A DNA stretch of 64,000 bases from Clostridia bacterium. GTDB lineage: Bacteria > Bacillota > Clostridia > Saccharofermentanales > UBA5734. Below the pieces are notes generated by a model. It did no database searches. It saw only the letters and a program-made list of their open reading frames with translations, and was not told the DNA's origin. This document shows positions 9,137 to 16,852 of this stretch, one piece after another. Position 1 is the stretch's first letter, and every line of letters begins with the position of its first letter. The stretch covers positions 9,977-73,976 of the forward strand of contig JAXGXR010000001.1 of assembly GCA_040772725.1 (NCBI GenBank), given 5' to 3'. The position numbers and the translations under genes were made by a program.

Positions 9137-9690
9137 GGTGGTGCCACGGGCGCGGGTGGTGCCATGGGCGGTGCCACGGGCGGTGCCAGACACCGATTCA
9201 GAACTTCGTCAAAGACACTCCCCGTAAGCCCTGAGCCTGTAGTATCACAAGCCCTGGGCCACCATTAGTTCCACCCCGGTGCCTGGCACGATTACGGTAC
9301 CCCATAAAGTGGACACATAGTTAGTTCCGTTTGTTCCGCAGTCAGTGCCAGTTGCCGATTCGGTACTAATTCTTGTACTCTCCTAAAAACCGCTGCGGCT
9401 GTAGTATTACAGAACATGACGCCGCGCTAGTTCCGAAATCCCGTCTGGCACCGCTCAGTGGGCGGTGCCAGACACCGATTCAGAACTTCGTCAAAGACGC
9501 AACCCGTAAGCCCTGAGGCTGTAATGTCACAAGCCCTGTAACCGCACGAGTTCCGTTCGCGCGCCTGGCACCGATTTCGGTACCCGGCGGAACGAACTGC
9601 CGAACGCTCATGCTATGATGACAGGGTTTATTTTCGCGCTTGAAAGTATGTGAGGCACCATTGCTATTTAACGCTTAGTTGATATAAGGT
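9137..9690 (+). repeat. array of an unclassified hairpin-forming intergenic repeat: three degenerate units, a 12-bp GGTGCCAYGGGC mini-repeat and a 3' tail
   Basis: 79-bp direct repeat 9178-9256 vs 9460-9538 (6 mismatches by hand alignment). A diverged third copy lies at ~9343-9452. Recurrent blocks are GGTGCCAG/CTGGCACC, CGATTCGGTAC/CAGAACT, GCTGTARTRTYAC and TAGTTCCG. No credible ORF. Confidence 0.8.
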
Positions 9691-9701
9691 GTGCAGGAGG
9701 A

Positions 9702-9730
9702 TTGACAATCTGGTGTTCTGTTTCTATAGT
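9702..9730 (+). promoter_or_regulatory. sigma-A type promoter of the TrmB-like regulator / lysA operon
   Basis: TTGACA (9702-9707), 17-nt spacer, TATAGT (9725-9730). Confidence 0.6.
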
Positions 9731-9764
9731 GTTCCTAATAAGTAATACTAAGGAGCGACAGGAA

Positions 9765-10475
9765 ATGGACCTGATCCAGGCACTGATGGAAACCGGCCTG
9801 ACCCGGCATGAAGCCAGACTTTTCGCCCTTTTGTCTTCAGAAGGGGCCATGTCCGGCTATGAGGCGGCCAAGCTGACCGGCATGTCGCGATCCAACGCGT
9901 ACATGGCGCTTTCCGGGCTGGCGGACAAAGGCGGCGCTTTGCGTATCGAAGGTGACGTAGTGCTTTATGAAGCCGTTCCGGCCCATGAGTACGCGGCCAA
10001 CAAACGCCGCTATCTGGCGGATGTCCTGCGGACCATCGAGCAGGACATGCCCCATCTCCGGTCTTCGGTGCAGCCTTACCTGACGATCCGTGGACGGCGC
10101 CACATTCTTGATAAAATCAGGAACATGGTCGATCAGGCTCGCGAACGGGTTTACATCCTGCTTCCCATTGCGGAATTGCGCCAGGTGCTCCCGGAACTGT
10201 CTTCGCTCAAGGACAGGGGAGGCAAGGTGGTCATCCTGACCGCCCCACCTTTCACCATGAACGATGTGACTGTCCACCATCGCGACGCGCGCGATGCCCA
10301 GGTCCGTCTGATTGTCGATTCATCTGAAATCCTGAGCGGTGAAATCGGCACATCAGCCGAGTCGACCTGTCTTTATTCGCGCGACGACGTTCTGGTCGGA
10401 CTGTTCAAAGAAGCCATGAAAAATGAAATCAACCTGATCGAACTGAAGCAGGAGAAACGAGGGAAAACAACATGA
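9765..10475 (+). CDS. TrmB-family transcriptional regulator
   Basis: N-terminal winged-HTH typical of TrmB (GLTRHEARLFALL...GYEAAKLTGMSRSNAYMAL). Start set at the ATG at 9765, which has an AAGGAG SD. Confidence 0.85.
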   Translation: MDLIQALMETGLTRHEARLFALLSSEGAMSGYEAAKLTGMSRSNAYMALSGLADKGGALRIEGDVVLYEAVPAHEYAANKRRYLADVLRTIEQDMPHLRSSVQPYLTIRGRRHILDKIRNMVDQARERVYILLPIAELRQVLPELSSLKDRGGKVVILTAPPFTMNDVTVHHRDARDAQVRLIVDSSEILSGEIGTSAESTCLYSRDDVLVGLFKEAMKNEINLIELKQEKRGKTT

Positions 10476-11725
10476 GCCAGGAACTCAAGATGGCCGGCCG
10501 CCAGCTTTTTGGTCAATTCAACCCCCAGGATCTGATTGACAAATATGGCAGCCCCCTTTACGTCTACGATGAAGAGACATTTCGGACAAGATGCCGTGAA
10601 ATGAAGCAGCTGGTTGACTATCCAGGGTTCACGGCCAACTATTCCATCAAGGCCAACAGCAATCTGACGCTGCTGAGGATTGCGCACGAGGAAGGCCTCT
10701 ATGCTGACGCGATGTCCCCGGGAGAGATCTTTTTTCTGGAAAAGGCAGGCTTTGAGCCTGAAAAGATCTTTTTCATACCCAACAATGTCGATGCCTCGGA
10801 GTTTCGGTATGCGGTCGATCACAAGGTGATGGTCAGTATCGATTCGCTTTCCCAGCTGGACCTGTTCGGCCGGATCGCGCCTGGATCCGAAGTCGCGCTG
10901 CGACTGAATCCGGGCATCGGGGCCGGACATCACAAAAAGGTGGTGACTGCCGGAAAGAAGACCAAATTCGGAATTCCCGAGGAACAGATCGACGAAGCCA
11001 AAAAGGTCGCTGCAACGCATCAGCTCCGGATCACCGGCATCAACCAGCACATTGGATCCCTGTTCATGACCCCAGAGTCGTATGTCTCTGCAGTCGCTCA
11101 TTTCCTGGAACTGGCAGAAACATTCCCCGATCTTCGATTGATTGACTTTGGCGGCGGATTCGGTATTCCCTATCGGAAAATGGCCGGGGAGACCCGCCTC
11201 GACCTGGCCGATCTTGGCGAGCAACTGACAAGCCTGGTTCGCACATTTGCCGAGCGATACCCGCATCCTGTGACCTTCAAGATAGAGCCCGGGCGTTATG
11301 TTGTGGCTGAGAGCGGTGCCTTGCTCGGCAAGGTCGTCACCAGGAAAAGCCAGGGAGGCGTCGAATATATCGGCACGGATATCGGTTTCAACGTGCTGAT
11401 GCGCCCAGTGCTGTATGATTCCCATCATGACATTGAATTGTTCCGGGACGGGACAAGCCTCTTTGGCCAGCCAGAAGCGCCGTTCACGGTTGTCGGCAAC
11501 ATTTGTGAAAGTGGCGACATCCTGGCCCATGACCGGCTCTTGCCAAATCCTGAAGAGGGAGATATCATCGCGATTCATGATGCAGGTGCCTATGGATATG
11601 CGATGAGCTCATCATATAACAACAGACCAAGGCCTGCAGAAGTACTCATAACAACAGAAGGTAAGGATGTCCTGATTAGAAGAAAGGAGACACTTGAGGA
11701 TCTGATTCTGCTTTTCCCGGATTGA
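10472..11725 (+). CDS. lysA: diaminopimelate decarboxylase
   Basis: PLP-lysine context YSIKAN, plus GGGFGIPY and CESGD motifs. ATGA overlap with the upstream regulator gene. Confidence 0.93.
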   Translation: MSQELKMAGRQLFGQFNPQDLIDKYGSPLYVYDEETFRTRCREMKQLVDYPGFTANYSIKANSNLTLLRIAHEEGLYADAMSPGEIFFLEKAGFEPEKIFFIPNNVDASEFRYAVDHKVMVSIDSLSQLDLFGRIAPGSEVALRLNPGIGAGHHKKVVTAGKKTKFGIPEEQIDEAKKVAATHQLRITGINQHIGSLFMTPESYVSAVAHFLELAETFPDLRLIDFGGGFGIPYRKMAGETRLDLADLGEQLTSLVRTFAERYPHPVTFKIEPGRYVVAESGALLGKVVTRKSQGGVEYIGTDIGFNVLMRPVLYDSHHDIELFRDGTSLFGQPEAPFTVVGNICESGDILAHDRLLPNPEEGDIIAIHDAGAYGYAMSSSYNNRPRPAEVLITTEGKDVLIRRKETLEDLILLFPD

Positions 11726-11778
11726 AGCGCCACTCAATGACTGATATGCTGGTTGAAAGCAATTCAGGAGGTGGGTTC

Positions 11779-12276
11779 ATGCAGAAAAGGCAGAACTATA
11801 TCAGTTGGGACGAGTATTTCATGGGCATTGCCCTTTTGTCCGCCAAGCGAAGCAAAGACCCGAACACACAGGTCGGCGCCTGCATCGTGAACGCGCACAA
11901 CAAGATCCTGTCAGTCGGCTACAATGGCATGCCGATCGGCTGCAGCGACGATGAGTACCCGTGGGCTCGCGAGGGCGACCCGCTGGACACCAAGTATCCG
12001 TACGTCTGTCATGCCGAGCTCAATGCCATCCTGAACAATGTCGGGTTCAGCCTGGAGGGCTGCAAGATCTACGTGCCGCTATTTCCGTGCAATGAATGCA
12101 GCAAGGCCATCATCCAGTCCGGCATCCGCGAGATCATTTACATATCCGACAAATACGCCGGGACAGACAGTGTCAAGGCCTCCAAGCGCATGCTGGACAG
12201 CGCCGGTGTCCAATATCGACCGCTGAAGACCGGCCTGGAGGAACTGACCATTTCCTACCGGGTATCGGATATCTGA
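11779..12276 (+). CDS. dCMP deaminase (ComEB-type deoxycytidylate deaminase)
   Basis: HAELNAI and PCNECSKAI zinc-binding motifs. Start at the ATG at 11779, which has an AGGAGG SD. Confidence 0.9.
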   Translation: MQKRQNYISWDEYFMGIALLSAKRSKDPNTQVGACIVNAHNKILSVGYNGMPIGCSDDEYPWAREGDPLDTKYPYVCHAELNAILNNVGFSLEGCKIYVPLFPCNECSKAIIQSGIREIIYISDKYAGTDSVKASKRMLDSAGVQYRPLKTGLEELTISYRVSDI

Positions 12277-12357
12277 ACATGCCTCGCCAATCAGATGAGT
12301 CTTCTCCGGACGGCGACGGACATGCCATAACCAGCCATGATCGGTTCAACCATCAAA

Positions 12358-12385
12358 AGAGCCTGCGAATCCGCAGGCTTTTTTG
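12358..12385 (+). terminator. intrinsic terminator after the dCMP deaminase gene
   Basis: AGCCTGCG (12360-12367) pairs with CGCAGGCT (12372-12379), followed by a T-run. Confidence 0.85.
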
Positions 12386-12455
12386 ATGGCCGATTGACAT
12401 GGCCAATCGAGGAAATGACGTTTCAATTAAAATAAAACAAATGTTCTTATATTGC

Positions 12456-12484
12456 TTGACAGCAAGCCTCCAGATGCGTATACT
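12456..12484 (+). promoter_or_regulatory. sigma-A type promoter
   Basis: TTGACA (12456-12461), 17-nt spacer, TATACT (12479-12484). Confidence 0.6.
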
Positions 12485-12518
12485 GACAATAACGAACATA
12501 TGTTTGGAGGCGTGCAAA

Positions 12519-12932
12519 ATGACAATGCTGAATGGACTGTTCTTCCTGATGATCGGACTGGCCGGTCTTGCGACCGCACTGATCCTGGCTGATCTCAACA
12601 GGCGGGAGGATGAAGCGCTGGCTGAGTTGGCTCGTCTTCAGTCCGGAAAGCCTGCCATGGCCGCTTCGCGGAGCAGTCACAGACGTTCATGCGATCATGC
12701 ATATGTTACGGAAGGTCTATCATCATCAGGGCACATGAATTACGCCACAATGGAACGGTCCGGTAGACTGGATGATTTCCTGACCGTCGCAGATATGAAA
12801 CAGGAATCAGATCACAGATGTCGTGATAGAGCAGTCAGCTTTGATTTTGCCATCTTCGGGAAACAGACAGATGCAAACATGGCAGGTGCAGAGGGTCACT
12901 CATTCGCGTCAGACGCAGAACACTGTGCCTGA
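12519..12932 (+). CDS. hypothetical protein with one N-terminal TM helix
   Basis: ATG at 12519 preceded by a GGAGG SD. Hydrophobic N-terminus LFFLMIGLAGLATALILA. I recognise no family. Confidence 0.5.
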   Translation: MTMLNGLFFLMIGLAGLATALILADLNRREDEALAELARLQSGKPAMAASRSSHRRSCDHAYVTEGLSSSGHMNYATMERSGRLDDFLTVADMKQESDHRCRDRAVSFDFAIFGKQTDANMAGAEGHSFASDAEHCA

Positions 12933-13185
12933 CATGTCATGACCGTGTTAAAAAACATTTTGCATTCTATTGTCATTTCATCGTAAAATATGTCTGACAT
13001 GAAAGGCTTGCCAACTTGTCAGACTACGGTTTCGATGACTTCCCCATGTTTGATTGATGTATTCATTGACGAAACAGTTGTCAGCACAGAACAATTGGCA
13101 CCCACCATGGCACTCAATTTTAGATATCAATCATGTGTGGACCCTCGGGTCGCAAGCATGTCAGTGTCAGCCAGGAGGTGCCCAG

Positions 13186-13953
13186 ATGCCAGACCTGAAA
13201 TCTGTTCTGGGACAATTGATGCAACAAGAAGCTGATCTCAGTCAGCCGTCTGATGATCAGTGCGATGCATCATGGAATCGGATCAGTCAACTGATTGACC
13301 AAGTGGAGCAAGAGCGGGGAAGACCTCAGAAGTCATTCCCGAGTCTTGATTCATTCGATTCGCTTGACAACGAGGAATGGAATCCCAAGACAGCTTTTGA
13401 CGCCCGATCCACTCCGCGCAGTTTCTGGCGGTTGCCAACCCGCAGGCTGGCTGCAGCCATGCTGGCGGTGTTTTTTGGCGTCGTTGCCTTGCTGGCCGGC
13501 GCACTGTATCTGCAGAGCAGCGGTATCCTGCCCGGCCCGACATCAACAACGATCATACTGACCGACGAACCAATCCCCCTGGCAGATCCTGATGCTCCGA
13601 TACCGGACCTGGACCAGCTGGCCGTTTTCCTGTCATCATCCGACAGCACACAGCTGCTTGAGGTGCCAACGCTGTCACCAGACAGCCAGAAAGCAGCTGT
13701 TGAAGCATTGGTCAGCCGCAACTGCATGACCATCGCCCGGAGTGGCGTGTCTGCCTTGCCCGGTACGGCTTACTGGGTTGCCCGTAAACTTGCCGACCAA
13801 TCAGACAAGATGCTTGTCCTGGTCGCACGGGAACGTGAAGGTGAGATTGGCTGGCAGACGATCTTCCAGATCTTGCCCAAGTCATCCGACTTGCCTTCCG
13901 GGAAAGCACTGGACGAATATTTTTCCAGACAGCTAGCCAAGCATACCGACTGA
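13186..13953 (+). CDS. hypothetical single-pass membrane protein (anti-sigma-like topology, no recognisable domain)
   Basis: ATG at 13186 with an AGGAGG SD. Central TM helix LAAAMLAVFFGVVALLAGALYL. I recognise no family. Confidence 0.55.
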   Translation: MPDLKSVLGQLMQQEADLSQPSDDQCDASWNRISQLIDQVEQERGRPQKSFPSLDSFDSLDNEEWNPKTAFDARSTPRSFWRLPTRRLAAAMLAVFFGVVALLAGALYLQSSGILPGPTSTTIILTDEPIPLADPDAPIPDLDQLAVFLSSSDSTQLLEVPTLSPDSQKAAVEALVSRNCMTIARSGVSALPGTAYWVARKLADQSDKMLVLVAREREGEIGWQTIFQILPKSSDLPSGKALDEYFSRQLAKHTD

Positions 13954-13955
13954 TT

Positions 13956-14531
13956 CTACCCTTCAAGATACAGACGATTCCCACCGACCGCCTCAACTTC
14001 ATCCGGATCGTGAGTCACCAGGATCACGGTCTTTCCGGCAGTCTGTTCTTTCACGTACCGGATGACGGTTTGCTTTGTTTCTGCGTCCAGACCTTTGAAT
14101 GGCTCATCCATGAACAGGATGTCGCTTGTCGCCAGGACCGCCCGGACAATCGCGACGCGGCGACGCATGCCGCCACTCAATTCGCGAACAGGCACGTTCA
14201 TGCTGCCTTGCAATCCAACTCGTGAAAGATGTTCCTCCATGGTTCTTTCCGGGCATGACTTGGGGGCTGTCAGACGGATATTCGCGATCGCGCTGAACGG
14301 TTCACAAAGCCGATCCTCCTGGAACACCGCGCTCTTTTTTTCCGGTATCCCTGACAGTGAGCCGCTGTCCGGCCGAATCAGACCCATCATCAAATGAAGC
14401 AGCGTTGTCTTGCCGCAACCGGAAGGGCCCAGGATGCAGGTGATCTGATTTGTGTCGATGACAGCCGAGTAATCCTTGAGTACAACCTTGCCGTTATAGC
14501 TTTTCACTAAATGGCTGATGACAATCGTCAT
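13956..14531 (-). CDS. ABC transporter ATP-binding protein (NitT/TauT-type, compact 191 aa)
   Basis: Walker A GPSGCGKTT, signature LSGGMRRR and Walker B LFMDEPF. Confidence 0.9.
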   Translation of the reverse strand: MTIVISHLVKSYNGKVVLKDYSAVIDTNQITCILGPSGCGKTTLLHLMMGLIRPDSGSLSGIPEKKSAVFQEDRLCEPFSAIANIRLTAPKSCPERTMEEHLSRVGLQGSMNVPVRELSGGMRRRVAIVRAVLATSDILFMDEPFKGLDAETKQTVIRYVKEQTAGKTVILVTHDPDEVEAVGGNRLYLEG

Positions 14532-14534
14532 GGC

Positions 14535-15287
14535 TCAGGCACGCTCCATTCTTACGTAGGCCGCCTTCAGCATCAGAATGAACATTTTTTCAAACAATAC
14601 GCTGATCGCGACAATGACGACGGTCCAGGCGAACAGGTCTGCAGAGCTGAGATAGATCTTGGCCTCATAAAGCCGTTCCCCGATCGAACCAGTCGGGATG
14701 CCGATCACTTCGGCGGCGATGCCGGCTTTCCAGGACATCCCGATCGAGACACTGCAGGCGGACACCAGGTAGGGTTTCAGCTGAGGTACATAGATGTACA
14801 TGAGTTTTCGCCAACGGCCGACCCGAAAGAGGTCAGTCATTTCGAGCAGTTTGGCATCTGTGCTCTGGATACCGTGCAGGACATTCGTGTAAATGATCGG
14901 CAGCACCATGAGAAATGAAATGAAAATGGACAGGTTCTTTGAATCCAGCCAGATCAGGCACAGGATGATGAATGAAGCGACGGGTGTCGCCTTGACGACC
15001 GACATATAGGGCTTGAACAGCACCTCGGCGAGATGATGCCGTCCGGCCAGGGCCGCCAGTCCGATGCCGGCGACCAGCGCCAGAAAGAAACCGTATGCGA
15101 TCCGGAAAAAGGAAAAACTGATCGACTGCCAGAAGGCAGGATTGCCGATGAGGGTTCCGAGTGTTTTCAAGACGGTGAGTGGTGTCACCAGGATCAGCGG
15201 ATTTGAAATCAGCATGGAAGCGGCCTGCCAGAAGGACAGGGCCGCGACTATCGCCAAAAACCGCTCGATCGAACGTTTATCGGGCAT
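14535..15287 (-). CDS. ABC transporter permease (NitT/TauT-type)
   Basis: Six-helix BPD-type permease. Start ambiguous between 15287 and 15299; it overlaps the end of the binding-protein gene. Confidence 0.85.
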   Translation of the reverse strand: MPDKRSIERFLAIVAALSFWQAASMLISNPLILVTPLTVLKTLGTLIGNPAFWQSISFSFFRIAYGFFLALVAGIGLAALAGRHHLAEVLFKPYMSVVKATPVASFIILCLIWLDSKNLSIFISFLMVLPIIYTNVLHGIQSTDAKLLEMTDLFRVGRWRKLMYIYVPQLKPYLVSACSVSIGMSWKAGIAAEVIGIPTGSIGERLYEAKIYLSSADLFAWTVVIVAISVLFEKMFILMLKAAYVRMERA

Positions 15288-16359
15288 AATAGAAATCATC
15301 TCCCGGCATGGCACCGCCGATTGATTTGGGGTTGCGCTCGAACAGGACATTCAGGTAGCCCTGCATGGCTGTTTTCATTTCAGCACCATCCAGATAGGTG
15401 ATGTTGAGGGAAGGGATGGCCTTCGCGGCGACAGCCGCGCTGAAGATGTTGAACTTTTCGACCAGGCTGGCTGCTTGCGGGATGTTGTTGTTGACAAAGG
15501 TGGTCGATTCCTTGTACTCGTTCAGGAAAGCTGCCAGCTCGTCCGGATGCTCGTTGGCAAATTCCGAGCGGACGATCAGCACGCCAGTGATCATGAGGCT
15601 GTTGTTGTCAAGGTCGGACCAGGCCTGATTCAGGTCAAGCGCGACACGCAAGTCGCTGAGCTTGGTCTGGGCAACTGTGACATACGGCTGTGGCAGCATG
15701 GCAATCCGGTCCTTGCTTTCCGAAAGCAGCGCGACCACTTCGGCCGGCTCGGACTTCCATTCAAATGTTACGTCCTGATCCGGATCCAGACCATTTTCTT
15801 CGAAAAGGTAGCGCATCGCGTATTCCGGCGCGGTGCCCTTGCCGGTCGAGTAGATTGTCCGGCCACGCAGATCTGAAAAATCCCGGACGGTTTCATCTCG
15901 CTCGACGATATAGATGACGCCGAGCGTGTTGACGGCGAGCAGCCGGATGGCGCCCTTGGTGTTGTTGTACAGAATGGACGCGAGATTGGCGGGTACAGCG
16001 GCAATGTCCAGATCCCCCTGGATCAGCTTGGGTGTCAGCTCATCAGCCGCGCCTGCGATCGTGAATTCGTAAGGATTGGCGGAGGTGCCCTTTTCGGCGT
16101 TTTCCATCAACTGAACCATGCCGATCGAGGTCGCCCCTTTCAGACCACCGATGCGAATGGCGGGCGTTTCGGCAGTTGAATTCGTGGCTGTTGTTGCTTG
16201 TGTTGACGCAACTGTGGTCGACGCTGCGGTCGTGGCCGCGGTCGTCCCGGCTGATGACGCGGCGGTTGTGGCAGCCGTCGTGCTGACCGTTGCCTGGCAG
16301 CTTGCCAGCAGAATGGTGGCGAGGGCAAGGGATAAAACGAGACTGATGATCCTTTTCAT
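15277..16359 (-). CDS. ABC transporter substrate-binding lipoprotein (NMT1/THI5-like fold) with a Thr/Ala-rich linker
   Basis: Signal peptide plus lipobox LLASC, and a low-complexity T/A linker. The remainder resembles NitT/TauT/ThiY-type binding proteins. AAAGGGGA SD. Confidence 0.85.
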   Translation of the reverse strand: MKRIISLVLSLALATILLASCQATVSTTAATTAASSAGTTAATTAASTTVASTQATTATNSTAETPAIRIGGLKGATSIGMVQLMENAEKGTSANPYEFTIAGAADELTPKLIQGDLDIAAVPANLASILYNNTKGAIRLLAVNTLGVIYIVERDETVRDFSDLRGRTIYSTGKGTAPEYAMRYLFEENGLDPDQDVTFEWKSEPAEVVALLSESKDRIAMLPQPYVTVAQTKLSDLRVALDLNQAWSDLDNNSLMITGVLIVRSEFANEHPDELAAFLNEYKESTTFVNNNIPQAASLVEKFNIFSAAVAAKAIPSLNITYLDGAEMKTAMQGYLNVLFERNPKSIGGAMPGDDFYYAR

Positions 16360-16443
16360 GAATATGTTCCCCTTTCAAATGGACACGATGCAATTGCCAT
16401 ATCGGTAGTCATGGACAGTCAGAGCGTTGGCGACCGATCATGG

Positions 16444-16695
16444 TCAGTGGCCGGACTTCGCGGTTGTGGTTTTGACACTGACACCAATGACCATGCCGAG
16501 TTTGCCGGAGAGCGCGCTGGTGATGTCACCCGGTGCCTCCAGAATCACACAGATGATGGCGATACCCCGTTCCCGGTAGGGGATCCCCAGTCGTCCGACG
16601 ATGTACGGACTGTATTGGTGCAGCAGATCGTTGACTTCATGGGATACCGCGTTGTCTTCGATGATGATGCTGACGATCGAAATCCTGTTTTCCAT
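16444..16695 (-). CDS. TM1266-family small ACT-like protein (annotated in databases as putative iron-only hydrogenase system regulator)
   Basis: 83 aa, MENRISIVSIIIEDN...IVGRLGIPYRERGIAIICVILEAPGDITSALSGKLG, which matches my memory of the TM1266/TIGR03959 pattern. Start at the ATG at 16693-16695 with a GAGGTG SD. Confidence 0.8.
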   Translation of the reverse strand: MENRISIVSIIIEDNAVSHEVNDLLHQYSPYIVGRLGIPYRERGIAIICVILEAPGDITSALSGKLGMVIGVSVKTTTAKSGH

Positions 16696-16707
16696 GACCG
16701 GCACCTC

Positions 16708-16745
16708 AAAAATTAAAAAAATTTCCGCGTCTAAAGGCGCGGAAA
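16708..16745 (-). terminator. intrinsic terminator inside the 5' leader of the TM1266-like/ABC operon (attenuator or riboswitch expression platform)
   Basis: Minus strand: TTTCCGCG pairs with CGCGGAAA (16722-16745), then a U-rich run (16708-21), ending 12 nt before the start codon. Confidence 0.7.
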
Positions 16746-16823
16746 CAGAGATGAAGGGACATCTGTCTGCTCGCCTTCCCATTCGGGACGGACCCAAATG
16801 CGTCAGAACGGTTTTCGCTTTTG

Positions 16824-16852
16824 TTTATATCATGTTCGGGTTATCGCCGCAA
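16824..16852 (-). promoter_or_regulatory. candidate promoter of the TM1266-like/ABC operon
   Basis: Minus strand: TTGCGG (16847-52), 17-nt spacer, TATAAA (16824-29). The -35 overlaps an 8-bp perfect hairpin, GCAAGCGT/ACGCTTGC (16851-16876). Confidence 0.4.

Noticed and set aside
8585-9193. Minus-strand ORFs 8585-9193 and 8953-9177 (MAPPMAPPAPVAPP...).
   Set aside because: They are translations of the GGTGCCA mini-repeat and of the antisense strand of dfx. They run through the dfx terminator and lack SDs.
9278-9300. The TGGCAC-containing repeat blocks (for example CTGGCACGATTACGGTAC and CTGGCACCGATTTCGGTAC) looked like sigma-54 -24 elements.
   Set aside because: The sigma-54 consensus needs TGGCAC-N5-TTGC. 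Here the -12 position reads CGGT or TCGG. In the 37-bp core the GG-to-GC spacing is 3 nt too short. No bEBP gene is nearby.
9137-9690. Possible CRISPR array, because of the repeated units.
   Set aside because: Units are 65-120 bp apart and irregular. The repeats are degenerate and internally palindromic in a non-CRISPR way. There are no unique spacers of uniform length and no cas genes in the window.
12353-12386. Two ORFs on opposite strands both ending in ...QKSLRIRRLF (12096-12386 plus strand, 12353-12598 minus strand).
   Set aside because: This is a mirror artefact of translating the palindromic terminator hairpin. Neither ORF has coding support.
16696-16797. The N-terminal extension of the TM1266-like ORF to 16797 (117 aa in the track).
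   Set aside because: The extension runs through the leader terminator hairpin and U-tract, has no SD, and is not part of the ~80-aa family. The ATG at 16693-95 has a GAGGTG SD.
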